Part shown: piece after piece, positions 28,674-37,730 of the stretch
Position numbering within the stretch: position 1 is the stretch's first letter
Layout: the number at the start of each line of letters is the position of its first letter
Assembly: GCA_028714535.1 (NCBI GenBank)
Contig: JAQTME010000004.1
Location: 7,319-71,318 of the forward strand
Direction: 5' to 3'
Length of the DNA: 64,000 nucleotides
From: Candidatus Iainarchaeum sp.
GTDB lineage: Archaea > Micrarchaeota > Micrarchaeia > Anstonellales > Bilamarchaeaceae
Program-made: the position numbers and the translations under genes
Notes under the pieces: model-generated
Databases searched by the model: none
Seen by the model: only the letters and a program-made list of their open reading frames with translations
Told to the model about the DNA's origin: nothing

Positions 28674-29570
28674 ATGGCCGAGGACAAGATACTGCTCATG
28701 CTCGTCTCGCAGCGCCGGATGTTCCAGCTCGGGCGGAGGTTCCGCGGGCTGGGGCGGCTGCTGGGCGCGGCCAACCCGCGCATGGGCTCCATACTCGCCA
28801 AGCTGAAGCTCGACCTGGAGCCCGAGGGCTATGCCATGGGCGCGTTCGCCTCCGGCCTGGCGTACGGCCTGATGTTCTTCCTCCTCGCGGCCGCGGTGCT
28901 GTGGGTGCGCTACCACGACACGGCCAAGATGTGGCCGGAGTCGCTCGCCATCGGCCTGCTGGTCTGGCTCATCACGTTCATGTTCCTCATGATGTACCCG
29001 GGCATCATGATGAGGAAGATCGCGGCCAAGGAGAGCAACGACCTGCTCTTCGCCCTGCGCGAGATGATGGTGGACATAGACGGCGGCGTGCCGCTTTTCG
29101 ACTCCATGAAGAACGTCGCGTCCGGCGACTACGGCTACGTCTCCAGGGACCTGGGGACCGTGGTCAAGCAGATAGAGCGCGGCATCCCGGACCGCATGGC
29201 GCTCAGGGAGCTTGCCGTGCGCACCGAAAGCGAGCTGATGAAGCGCTCGCTCTGGCAGATGGTCAACGCGCTGGAAAGCGGCGCCAGCCTGGGCACTGCG
29301 CTCAGCGCCATAGTCCAGTCCATAGAGAGCTACATGTACCGGGACATAAAGAACTACTCGTCCAACCTCAATTTCCTCATGCTGATATACATGCTGGCGG
29401 CCACGGTGGTGCCGTCGCTGGGCATAACGTTCCTCGTGCTGCTCTCGGCCTTCAGCGGGCTGGGGGTCAGCTTCACCACGCTCCTGCTGCTGCTCGGCAT
29501 CTCGGTGCTGGCGCAGGCGATAATGATAGGGTACATGCATTCGACGAGGCCCGAGACGTTCGGGGGATGA
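28674..29570 (+). CDS. Type IV pilus platform protein (T2SS-F/TadB-C family)
   Basis: TM helices, LLFALREM..G, DYGYVS; follows the ATPase. Confidence 0.85.
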   Translation: MAEDKILLMLVSQRRMFQLGRRFRGLGRLLGAANPRMGSILAKLKLDLEPEGYAMGAFASGLAYGLMFFLLAAAVLWVRYHDTAKMWPESLAIGLLVWLITFMFLMMYPGIMMRKIAAKESNDLLFALREMMVDIDGGVPLFDSMKNVASGDYGYVSRDLGTVVKQIERGIPDRMALRELAVRTESELMKRSLWQMVNALESGASLGTALSAIVQSIESYMYRDIKNYSSNLNFLMLIYMLAATVVPSLGITFLVLLSAFSGLGVSFTTLLLLLGISVLAQAIMIGYMHSTRPETFGG

Positions 29571-29573
29571 CCG

Positions 29574-30884
29574 ATGAAGAAGGGTACAAGGCCGCGGAAG
29601 GGCGTTGCGCCGGAGCCGGCAGCCCGGCCCAGGGCGCGGCCCGCCCCCTATGCCCCGCCGCCGGCCGCCGAGCTGGAGCTGACTGACTGGCCCGCCCCTT
29701 CGCCCAAGTCCATGGCGCCCAAGCCGCCTGTGCCCGCTGCCAATGCCCCTGCGCGCCCGCTCTCCGGCGGCCTGCTCCATTCCCTGTTCTCAAGGCAGAA
29801 GCCGGTCCCCCCTCCGGCCGCCCAGAAGCCCGCAGCCCCGAAGCCCGCACCGCAGAAGAAGGCGCCAGGCGAGCCTGGCATGTGGCGCATCTACCGCAGG
29901 TTCAGCAGCGTGCTGCCGGCCTCGATGACGACCGGCCTGGAGCGGAAGATGCGCTTCGCTGGCATAGACCCGGGCATGAACACCATCCTGCTTGGCCGGA
30001 CGCTGATGGTGTGCTTCCTCTCGGGCATGCTGCCCCTGATGCTCTACCTCGCGGTGCTCAACCCGCTCGCCACGCCTACCACGACGCTCACCGCAATCGC
30101 GCTCTTCCTGGGCGGCTCTGTCGCCTCGCTCATACTGTCATATCTCTGGCTGTACTTCACGGTGGTCGACCGCGCGGCCATGGTGGAGCGGCTCCTGCCC
30201 GACTTCCTCTCGCTCGCGGTCTCCAACCTCAGGGCCGGCATGACGCCCTACGTGGCGTTCGTCCATGCGGCGCGGCCGGAGTTCGGCGCCTTCCACGACT
30301 CGGTCATGCTGTCCATGGCGAGGATGGGCGGCAAGGTGTCCATCGCGGACGCGCTCGTATATGTCTCAGGCGACTTCGACTCCGGCATCCTGCGCAGGAC
30401 CGTGACCCTGTTCGCCAAGGGCGTGCGCTCGGGCGGCCAGCTCGTGAGGCTCCTCAACTCCAGCGCCGAGGAGGTCCGCCGCATCCACGACCTGCGGGCG
30501 GAGCTCATCTCGTCCACGCGCACCTACTCGATATTCCTGGCGTTCATAGTCGTCGCCATCATGCCGTTCCTGCTGTCCGTGTCGCTGAATTTCGTCACGG
30601 TGTTCGTGAGCCTCCAGGTCGATACCAGCGGCATGGACGTGGGGGCGGCCGCGCTGCCCAGCTTCACGGGCAAGATACTCATCACCGCGGACGACATGTA
30701 CAACATCTCGCTGATAACCCTGGTGGTCATAGACCTGCTGGTCTCGATACTCATGGGCATCGTGGACAGGGGCAAGGCCATATACGGCATAAAGAACTTC
30801 CCGGCGCTCCTCGCCCTTTCCCTGCTCTCGTTCTTCATCGCCAAGGCCATAATCGGCTCCTTCCTGGCCGGCTTCATGGTATGA
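29574..30884 (+). CDS. Type IV pilus platform protein (TadC-like) with Pro/Ala-rich N-terminus
   Basis: ERLLPDFL..NLRAGMTP..A...ARPEFG motif; multiple TM helices. Confidence 0.85.
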   Translation: MKKGTRPRKGVAPEPAARPRARPAPYAPPPAAELELTDWPAPSPKSMAPKPPVPAANAPARPLSGGLLHSLFSRQKPVPPPAAQKPAAPKPAPQKKAPGEPGMWRIYRRFSSVLPASMTTGLERKMRFAGIDPGMNTILLGRTLMVCFLSGMLPLMLYLAVLNPLATPTTTLTAIALFLGGSVASLILSYLWLYFTVVDRAAMVERLLPDFLSLAVSNLRAGMTPYVAFVHAARPEFGAFHDSVMLSMARMGGKVSIADALVYVSGDFDSGILRRTVTLFAKGVRSGGQLVRLLNSSAEEVRRIHDLRAELISSTRTYSIFLAFIVVAIMPFLLSVSLNFVTVFVSLQVDTSGMDVGAAALPSFTGKILITADDMYNISLITLVVIDLLVSILMGIVDRGKAIYGIKNFPALLALSLLSFFIAKAIIGSFLAGFMV

Positions 30885-30950
30885 TGCCGCCGGCCCGGCG
30901 GCATGGCAAATCTTTTTAAACTAGCCGGAGATTGCACTACGGTGAAATTA

Positions 30951-31406
30951 ATGATTAAGAAAGGACAAGTTTCGACAGAATATCTGGTCATATTGGCCAT
31001 AGTCCTCGTCGTTGCCCTCGTGGTCGTCTACCTGGTAGGCGGCTTCGCCGGCATGGGCGTAGGAACCATGGAAACCCAGAGCATGCAGGCATGGGGCACC
31101 GCGGCACCGCTCGCAATGACGAGCTGGAAGCAGAGCGGCACCTCGTTGCAGCTCGAGATTCAGAACAACGACGTAGACACGCTGGTCCTCACGGCTGTAT
31201 CCATGGACGGCGCATCGGTCGGCTTAGCGGCCAATACGACGTTCACGAGCGGCGAGAAGAAGGTAATCACTGTGACGACCGCGACAACCTGCGGCGCTGC
31301 AGGCACTGCGTTCACACACGAGAACGTGGTGCTCACCTACAACAAGGGCCAGATAACCGGCAAGACGCAGACCGGCGTGAGGCCCATTGTAGGCAAGTGC
31401 TCCTGA
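30951..31406 (+). CDS. Major pilin paralog 1
   Basis: MIKKGQVSTEYLVILAIVLVVALVVV class III signal; GGTGA SD before ATG 30951. Confidence 0.88.
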   Translation: MIKKGQVSTEYLVILAIVLVVALVVVYLVGGFAGMGVGTMETQSMQAWGTAAPLAMTSWKQSGTSLQLEIQNNDVDTLVLTAVSMDGASVGLAANTTFTSGEKKVITVTTATTCGAAGTAFTHENVVLTYNKGQITGKTQTGVRPIVGKCS

Positions 31407-31504
31407 ATCCGGTTTTTTTTATTTTATATTCTTTTTTCCCTTTTCCAGCCCTGGCTGCATATCTTTTTAACCTGCGGCTAGCTTATCTTCATTGAGGGAG
31501 TCAT

Positions 31505-31954
31505 ATGTCAAAAGGACAGGTTTCAACGGAATATCTGGTCATACTGGCCATCGTCCTCGTCGTTGCCCTTGTGGTCGTCTACCTGGTAGGCGGCTTCGCC
31601 GGCATGGGCGCAGGGACCATGGAGACCCAGAGCATGCAGGCCTGGGGCACGGCGGCGCCGTTCGCCATCACCATCCTGAAGCAGAGCGGCACGACGCTGG
31701 AGCTGGAGATGAGGAATAACGACGTCAGCACCCTGGTCCTCACTGACATATCCATGGACGGCGCGTCCGTGTTCTCCTCGAACACCACGTTCACCAGCGG
31801 CGAGAAGAAGGTCGTGACCGCGACCGTGGTCACCGCATGCGGCGCTGCCGGCAGCGACTTCAGCCATCAGAACGTGATAATGACCTACAACAAGGGCCAG
31901 ATAACCGGCAAGACCCAGGTCGGCGCAAGGCCGCTCATGGGCAAGTGCTCCTGA
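31505..31954 (+). CDS. Major pilin paralog 2
   Basis: MSKGQVSTEYL...; close tandem duplicate of 30951-31406. Confidence 0.88.
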   Translation: MSKGQVSTEYLVILAIVLVVALVVVYLVGGFAGMGAGTMETQSMQAWGTAAPFAITILKQSGTTLELEMRNNDVSTLVLTDISMDGASVFSSNTTFTSGEKKVVTATVVTACGAAGSDFSHQNVIMTYNKGQITGKTQVGARPLMGKCS

Positions 31955-32019
31955 CCTCCACATTCATTTAAAAAGATTATGAGGGAGAATAGGATATCAG
32001 CTCGTTCTCCCGTGATTTT

Positions 32020-32661
32020 ATGCATGACGAAGACAGTCCAAAGCAGAAGGGGGTTCAGACAGGGACCACTACGGTGGGCCTCGTCTGCAAGGACGGCATC
32101 GTCCTGGCCAGCGACAGGAGGGCCACCATGGGCTACCTCATCGCCAGCAAGGACATAGACAAGATATATCCCATAAGCGACAACCTCGCGATGACCATAG
32201 CCGGCGGCGTGGGCGACGCCCAGACGCTCATCCGGTGGATGAACTCCGAGGTGAAGCTCTACGAGCTCAAGCACGAGAAGGCCATGAGCGTGGAGGCCGC
32301 GGCCGTCCTGCTTTCCAACATACTCGTACAATACAAGTACTACCCCTTCTACGTCCAGCTGCTGCTGGGCGGGGTGGACGAGAGGCCGAGGCTGTTCTCC
32401 ATCGACATGCTCGGCGGCATAACCGAGGAGAAGGTGACCTCGACCGGCAGCGGCTCCCCGGTCGCCTACGGCGTCCTCGAGGAGCTTTACGCGGAGGAGC
32501 GCGACATAGAGGCGAACCTGCCGGTGGCCGCCAAGGCAATCAGCGCGGCCATGAGGCGCGACGCGGCGACGGGCGAGAGGGTCGACCTGGTGACCGTCAC
32601 CAGGGCCGCCGGCTTCAAGAGATACGACAAGGAAGAAGTGAAGAAGATACTGCATTCCTGA
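32020..32661 (+). CDS. psmB: Proteasome beta subunit
   Basis: Propeptide then TG-TTTVG, ASDRRAT, TGSGS. Confidence 0.95.
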   Translation: MHDEDSPKQKGVQTGTTTVGLVCKDGIVLASDRRATMGYLIASKDIDKIYPISDNLAMTIAGGVGDAQTLIRWMNSEVKLYELKHEKAMSVEAAAVLLSNILVQYKYYPFYVQLLLGGVDERPRLFSIDMLGGITEEKVTSTGSGSPVAYGVLEELYAEERDIEANLPVAAKAISAAMRRDAATGERVDLVTVTRAAGFKRYDKEEVKKILHS

Positions 32662-32739
32662 ATGTGAGCCAGCGTTTTTGTTTTTACCGGATTTACGGCT
32701 TTCGTTTTTCATCTCCCCATACTTACGCAATCCATCGAG

Positions 32740-34644
32740 GTGTTTTGTTTGCACTATAAGGACATAGTCAAGAAAATCAGCGAGATAATGCCGCACGACT
32801 GCGAGGTGACCAAGGTGGAGCCCGAGGGCCTTTCCACGGTCATCTACATCAGGAACATACGCTCCTTCTATTCGAACGAGCGGCTCATCAAGGAGCTGGC
32901 CAGCGCGCTCAAGAAGAAGGTCACCATCCGCGTGGACCCGTCCGCGCTCATGAAGGTGGAGGAGGCCAAGGCTGCCATAGAGGCGCTTGTGCCCAAGGAG
33001 GCGGACGTGCGCGGCATAGTGTTCGTGCCCGAGATGTGCGAGGTGCACATCGAGGCGATAAAGCCGGGCCTCGTCATAGGCAAGGGCGGCTCGACGCTCA
33101 AGGAGATCATGCTCCGCACGGGCTGGGCGCCGATAACCCTGCGCGCGCCGACGATGCCGTCGTCCACGCTGGACGGCGTCAGGAAAATCACGGTCATGGA
33201 GGCCGCGGAGCGCAAGAAGTTCCTGGTCAACATAGGCAAGAAGATATGCCAGCCCGCGCCTTCGGGCGACTGGATACGCGTGATGGCCCTGGGCGGCTTC
33301 AGGGAGGTCGGCAGGTCCTGCCTGCTGGTCCAGACGCCGCACAGCAAGGTGCTCATCGACGTCGGCGTGAACCCTGCCACCGGCGACCCGACCAAGGCGT
33401 ACCCGTACCTCAACCTCACGGGCTTCTCGCTCTCCGATTTAGATGCGGTCGTCATAAGCCACGGGCACATGGACCACATGGGCTTCCTGCCCTACCTGTT
33501 CGCATACGGCTACGACGGCCCGGTCTACTGCACGCCGCCGACGAGGGATTTCATGGTGCTCCTCCAGCAGGACTACCTGAACCTCTGCAAGAGGGCGTTC
33601 AACATCGACCCGCCATACACGAAAAAGGACATCTACAAGGAGCTGCGCAACGTGATAACCGTGGACTACGAGGAAGTGGTCGATATCACGCCCGAGATAA
33701 AGATGACGCTCTACAACGCGGGCCACATACTCGGCAGCGCCAGCGTCCACCTGCACATCGGCGAGGGCGCGCACAACCTCGTGTATTCCGGCGACATCAA
33801 GTTCGGCTTCACGCGCCTTTTCGACCCCTCGACGACGCGGTTCCCGCGGCTGGAGACCCTGTTCATAGAGAGCACCTACGGCGGCAGGAACGACATCTCC
33901 ATCAACCGCTTCGACAGCGAGAAGCGGCTCACAGACATCATAAGGGAGACCATGGCCAAGCGCGGCAAGGTGCTCATACCCGTGTTCGCCGTGGGCAGGT
34001 CGCAGGAAATCATGCTCGTGCTCGAGGAGATGGCCAGGCGCGACCCGGACTTCAACGTCCCGCTCTACATAGACGGCATGGTGCTGGAGGCGTCCGCGAT
34101 ACACACCGCGTACCCGGAATACCTGCGCGAGCAGCTCCAGAGGCGCATACTGTCCGACCGCAGCCCGTTCGAATCGCCGCTGATAAAGGTGGCGAAGGGC
34201 GCGAGCAAGGAGGAGATAATCAACGGCGAGCCCGCGATAATCCTCGCCCCGTCCGGCATGCTGTCCGGGGGCCCGTCCTACGAATACCTCAAGCTCATGG
34301 CCGACGACCCCAAGAACACGCTGGCGTTCGTCGGCTACCAGAGCGCGCTGTCGCTCGGCTCGAAGATACAGCAGGGCATGAAGGAGGTCCCTGTCCTGGG
34401 CGACGACGGCAAGATGCGCACGCTGAACGTCAACATGCGCGTCGAGACGGCCGAGGGCTTCTCAGGCCACAGCGACCGCGCGCAGCTGATGGCGTACATA
34501 AAGAACCTGCGGCCCATCCCGGAGCGCATCGTGACGATGCACGGCGACTGGGGCAAGACCGAGGAGCTCGCGCGTTCCGCGGGCATGATGATGCACAAGG
34601 ACTCGCGCTCCCTCGCTGATTTGGAAGCCATCCGGCTCCGCTGA
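32740..34644 (+). CDS. fttA: aCPSF1/FttA KH-domain beta-CASP ribonuclease (transcription termination factor)
   Basis: KH domain PGLVIGKGG, HGHMDH, AGHILGS, ESTYG, FSGHSD; conserved position after psmB. Confidence 0.93.
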   Translation: MFCLHYKDIVKKISEIMPHDCEVTKVEPEGLSTVIYIRNIRSFYSNERLIKELASALKKKVTIRVDPSALMKVEEAKAAIEALVPKEADVRGIVFVPEMCEVHIEAIKPGLVIGKGGSTLKEIMLRTGWAPITLRAPTMPSSTLDGVRKITVMEAAERKKFLVNIGKKICQPAPSGDWIRVMALGGFREVGRSCLLVQTPHSKVLIDVGVNPATGDPTKAYPYLNLTGFSLSDLDAVVISHGHMDHMGFLPYLFAYGYDGPVYCTPPTRDFMVLLQQDYLNLCKRAFNIDPPYTKKDIYKELRNVITVDYEEVVDITPEIKMTLYNAGHILGSASVHLHIGEGAHNLVYSGDIKFGFTRLFDPSTTRFPRLETLFIESTYGGRNDISINRFDSEKRLTDIIRETMAKRGKVLIPVFAVGRSQEIMLVLEEMARRDPDFNVPLYIDGMVLEASAIHTAYPEYLREQLQRRILSDRSPFESPLIKVAKGASKEEIINGEPAIILAPSGMLSGGPSYEYLKLMADDPKNTLAFVGYQSALSLGSKIQQGMKEVPVLGDDGKMRTLNVNMRVETAEGFSGHSDRAQLMAYIKNLRPIPERIVTMHGDWGKTEELARSAGMMMHKDSRSLADLEAIRLR

Positions 34645-34658
34645 AGCGCGCGGCGCGG

Positions 34659-35135
34659 CTATTTTTTCTTCTTCTCCAGCTCCCGCTCAACTTCATTGCG
34701 CTCCCACGGGTAGACGACCCACGCCGTCGTGGAGCCGATGAAGTAGTCCGGCTTGAATATGGAATCCGGCTTGTAGTGGATGGTGGCGACCTTGACCTCC
34801 TTCGCGCCCTTGCGCAGCACGTAGTCCTTGGCCACGGCCAGGCTCCTGCCGGTGTCTGCGATGTCGTCGACGATGAGCACCCTCTTCCCCTTGATGTCCA
34901 TTGTCAGGTCCTGGCTTATGACCGGGAAGTCGCTGGGCTTGCCCATGGCCTTGTAGAACGATATGCCCAGGATGCCCATGGCGTTCACGCCCAGCAGGTC
35001 TGACAGCACCCTTGCAGGCACCAGCCCACCCCTGGATATGCCCACTATGAAGTCAGGCCCGTAGCCGCGCGCCTTGGCGGCAAGCTCCTCGCAATACGCT
35101 ATGGTCGCATCCCAATTCAGCCTCAGCAGGTCCAT
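34659..35135 (-). CDS. Purine phosphoribosyltransferase (Gpt/HGPRT-like)
   Basis: GISRGGLVPA, VLIVDDIADTG, WVVYPWE; start reassigned to ATG 35135. Confidence 0.88.
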   Translation of the reverse strand: MDLLRLNWDATIAYCEELAAKARGYGPDFIVGISRGGLVPARVLSDLLGVNAMGILGISFYKAMGKPSDFPVISQDLTMDIKGKRVLIVDDIADTGRSLAVAKDYVLRKGAKEVKVATIHYKPDSIFKPDYFIGSTTAWVVYPWERNEVERELEKKKK

Positions 35136-35215
35136 GTCATCTCCCTCGATGGCAACAGGTCGCCAACCTTTAAAAGGTTTTCTGATGTATAGGTTCAAAA
35201 CCCAAGGTGTGCAAA

Positions 35216-35305
35216 ATGATCCCAATGAGAATCGATGACGAAGAAGAATGGGAAGACGACGACTTCGACGAGGAGGAGTGGGACGAGGAAGAAGAGGAAG
35301 AGTAG
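35216..35305 (+). CDS. 29-aa hyper-acidic microprotein
   Basis: MIPMRIDDEEEWEDDDFDEEEWDEEEEEE; AGGTG SD and TTTAAAA box upstream; below ORF-track cutoff. Confidence 0.55.
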   Translation: MIPMRIDDEEEWEDDDFDEEEWDEEEEEE

Positions 35306-35335
35306 CCCCCGCCCTGTTTTTGCCTTTTAGAACAG

Positions 35336-35343
35336 TTTTTAAT
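35336..35343 (+). promoter_or_regulatory. Putative TATA box of tRNA-Arg(TCT)
   Basis: TTTTTAAT about 25 nt upstream of the tRNA 5' end. Confidence 0.5.
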
Positions 35344-35367
35344 CCGCTTATCCTAATTTTCATCCAC

Positions 35368-35527
35368 GGGCCCGTGGCGCAGCCAGCCCTGCCTGCCGTT
35401 GTGAGCAGCCAGGGCCTGTTATGGATAGCGCAGCAGCCTTCTATTATGGGACGATGAAGCCCCGCCGGGGCGCATTTTCCCAAAAGGAGCAAGCTGACGG
35501 TCGTGGGTTCAAATCCCGCCGGGCCCG
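35368..35527 (+). tRNA. tRNA-Arg(TCT) with two introns (D-loop 35385-35421; 37/38 35444-35491)
   Basis: GGGCCCG/CGGGCCC acceptor; BHB GCAG/CUGU (D-loop) and CUUC/GGAG (anticodon); GTGGG-TTCAAAT-CCCGC. Confidence 0.92.
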
Positions 35528-35593
35528 TGAATACTTAAGCCGCACAGTAGGGGCTGGGGCGAAGTGAACGGAGTTCACAACGCACCGGGCCCG
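35519..35593 (+). repeat. tRNA-Arg trailer unit A
   Basis: CCGGGCCCG at 35519 and 35585; internal GGGGCTGG inverted copy and GTGAAC/GTTCAC hairpin; homologous to 47007-46928 (-). Confidence 0.8.
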
Positions 35594-35670
35594 TTTTTGT
35601 TTCCCTAACTCGCGCCATAGGCGCTCGTGGGAAACGAGGCGATGCTGCCGGTTTTGTTTGGTGCTTTGCA

Positions 35671-36387
35671 TCACATGAGGAGAAGCCCGACCGCCCAGGG
35701 GTAGCCCATGTGGGCCATCTCAAGGGCAACGTTGATGATGAACGTGTCCCTGTCAATCCTGTGGTCATGCTTGTAGCTCCACTCAGCCATGGCGTTGTGG
35801 ACCATCCGCACGCCGTTCCACTTCAGGTAGAATGTCTTGTGCCTGTTATAGAATTCCCGGTATCTCATGTTCACGAGCAGGCTGCGGCTGGCGACAAGCC
35901 TGCCTGCGACTTCCCTAATCTCGCCATATTCAAACAACGCGCTGGCCTCCGGGCTGAACAGGCCGTCGAGGCGCATCCTCATGCCTTTGGCGACCGCGCC
36001 TTCAATGTCGGCCAAGTCCGGCTGCCTGTCCCCGCTGAAACATGAAGTGATTGCCGTTTCGATGTCGTTTCCGATGAAATTGGCAGCCGCGGCCATGAGT
36101 ATGCTTCTCAGCGCCCCCTCCCTCGCCGCAGTGCACCGCTCCAGGTTGCTGGCAGCCCCGAGCGCGGCAGTCCAGAGCCTGCCCGTGCCCTTCGTCTCGT
36201 ATTCCATGGCCCATTTGAGCCGCCTATCCACCTTTTTCGCCACGCTCTTTTCGTATGTGAGCGGCAGGCCCATGTAAGCGGCCGTCTTGTATGCGCCGAA
36301 TGCCACGCATGCCCTTACCTTCATCCTCTGGGCCAGCGTCCCTTCGGGCACGGGCCTGAGCCCTCCCATCGCAAGAGTGATTGCCAT
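35671..36387 (-). CDS. Orphan protein on a cassette flanked by CCGGGCCCG direct repeats
   Basis: 238-aa ORF; leaderless-type start about 25 nt after a TTTTAAAA box. Confidence 0.7.
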   Translation of the reverse strand: MAITLAMGGLRPVPEGTLAQRMKVRACVAFGAYKTAAYMGLPLTYEKSVAKKVDRRLKWAMEYETKGTGRLWTAALGAASNLERCTAAREGALRSILMAAAANFIGNDIETAITSCFSGDRQPDLADIEGAVAKGMRMRLDGLFSPEASALFEYGEIREVAGRLVASRSLLVNMRYREFYNRHKTFYLKWNGVRMVHNAMAEWSYKHDHRIDRDTFIINVALEMAHMGYPWAVGLLLM

Positions 36388-36440
36388 GCAATTATGTTAA
36401 GTGCGACTATTTTAAAATCCGTGCCGGACGCAGGAAAGAG

Positions 36441-36539
36441 CCGGGCCCGATTTCCTTATCCCAGCCTTAAGGCCGTAGCTTGCCCTCAAGAGAATTCGGG
36501 CAAGAAGTGGGCGAGCAGGGCGAGGTCACATCGGGCCCG
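36441..36539 (+). repeat. tRNA-Arg trailer unit B
   Basis: CCGGGCCCG 36441, CGGGCCCG 36532; homologous to 46936-46840 (-) via GCCCTCA.GAGAAT(T)CGGG, GAAGTG, TCACA. Confidence 0.75.
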
Positions 36540-36563
36540 TTTTTGTTCACTGGCCTGATTGTC

Positions 36564-37304
36564 TCAGTGTTTCTGTGCGCGGATGAGATCCTTGACTTTT
36601 CCCACGTCGGCGTCAGGGACTTCCGCCAACACTCCGAGCACATGGCGCGTTGTCAGATATGCAAAAATGCCATGATTGGCGAGAGTGTCACCGTATGCCT
36701 TGATGTTGCGGACCAGAAGGCCCACGTAGGCCCCCTCATCCCTATTCAGGTATCTGGAAGACGGGTGTTCGTACGCAAGTGCCTCATCGCCGCAGGGGAC
36801 GGTGGTTCCCCCATACGGAATGCCCCAGCCGGACTTGCCGGGGAATTCTGTGATCGGGATCAGCTTGTTTTCCAGGATATCCAGATAGATGCTTTTCCCT
36901 CCTTTCACGAAATTGGCAGAACTCAACCCAAAGGCGACAATCGCAATGTCTTTTTCATTCTTGTACGTGCCGGTCGCAAAAACAATATCCTGGCTGCCGG
37001 GGCTCTTAAAAACGATTTCGCTGCCGAATTTTGTGCCTGGTTTTTCGTAAGCGATGAAACCGTCGACCGCAAAAGGAGGCAGCTGCTTCCAAGCCGTGCT
37101 CCTGATATCGAGCAATTCGTTCGCCACTGTGTGTGACATGACAGTCAGCTTCGTTTCGTGCTTTTTGTTGAATCTTTCCACCATGGGGTGCGCGTCGAAA
37201 AGCCTGGTAGTATTGTCACCCCTGAGAACCAGGAAGTTTTTGCACTGGCGGTCTGAGAGCCTGAACGACGCTATCCTATCCCCATAAACCTGCTTTCTGG
37301 CCAA
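36564..37304 (-). CDS. Orphan protein (lower GC)
   Basis: 246-aa ORF, TTG start after AGGTGA SD, AT-rich promoter near 37345-37365. Confidence 0.7.
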   Translation of the reverse strand: MARKQVYGDRIASFRLSDRQCKNFLVLRGDNTTRLFDAHPMVERFNKKHETKLTVMSHTVANELLDIRSTAWKQLPPFAVDGFIAYEKPGTKFGSEIVFKSPGSQDIVFATGTYKNEKDIAIVAFGLSSANFVKGGKSIYLDILENKLIPITEFPGKSGWGIPYGGTTVPCGDEALAYEHPSSRYLNRDEGAYVGLLVRNIKAYGDTLANHGIFAYLTTRHVLGVLAEVPDADVGKVKDLIRAQKH

Positions 37305-37480
37305 AATATCACCTGAGCGCTATTGTTTGTTGAGTATCATGCAGCAATATACTTAAATATGTATCTTTTAACACAAAATGGCGGCGGAATGCCCGGTCAC
37401 GCGCCGCGCCGGTCATGCTTTTTAATATCTTGCCCCCCACATCACATCAGGAAACTGATTTTTCACATACGGTGATTGTC

Positions 37481-37726
37481 ATGGCCATGGAAGTGAAGGA
37501 CATAAGCAATATGGTGGAGACCCTGGTGAACGATAGCACCATCCCGAAGAACATACGCAAGGCGCTCCTGGAGGCGAAGACGCGGCTTGACAGCGGCGAG
37601 GACAAGGGAGTCAAGGTCAGCGCCGCCATCTACCTCATCGAGTCCATCAGCGACGACATCAACATGCCGTCACATGCGCGCACCCAGATATGGGCCATAA
37701 TGAGCGCCCTGGAATCCCTGGCCTGA
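37481..37726 (+). CDS. UPF0147 family protein
   Basis: DSTIPKNIR...DINMPSHARTQIW...LE signature; GGTGA SD before ATG 37481. Confidence 0.88.
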   Translation: MAMEVKDISNMVETLVNDSTIPKNIRKALLEAKTRLDSGEDKGVKVSAAIYLIESISDDINMPSHARTQIWAIMSALESLA

Positions 37727-37730
37727 TTCC

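Noticed and set aside
35248-35457. Arg-rich 69-aa ORF (protamine-like)
   Set aside because: Alternative frame of the acidic ORF, extends into the tRNA, and lacks an SD
35136-35492. N-terminal extension of the phosphoribosyltransferase ORF
   Set aside because: Runs antisense through tRNA-Arg and the acidic ORF; the family domain starts at ATG 35135
35519-37400. Prophage or classical integrative element at tRNA-Arg
   Set aside because: No integrase, replication or structural genes; only two orphan ORFs in under 2 kb
37390-37415. Terminal att-like copy closing the second cassette (CCGCGCCGG)
   Set aside because: Two mismatches in 9 nt in GC-rich DNA is not distinguishable from chance
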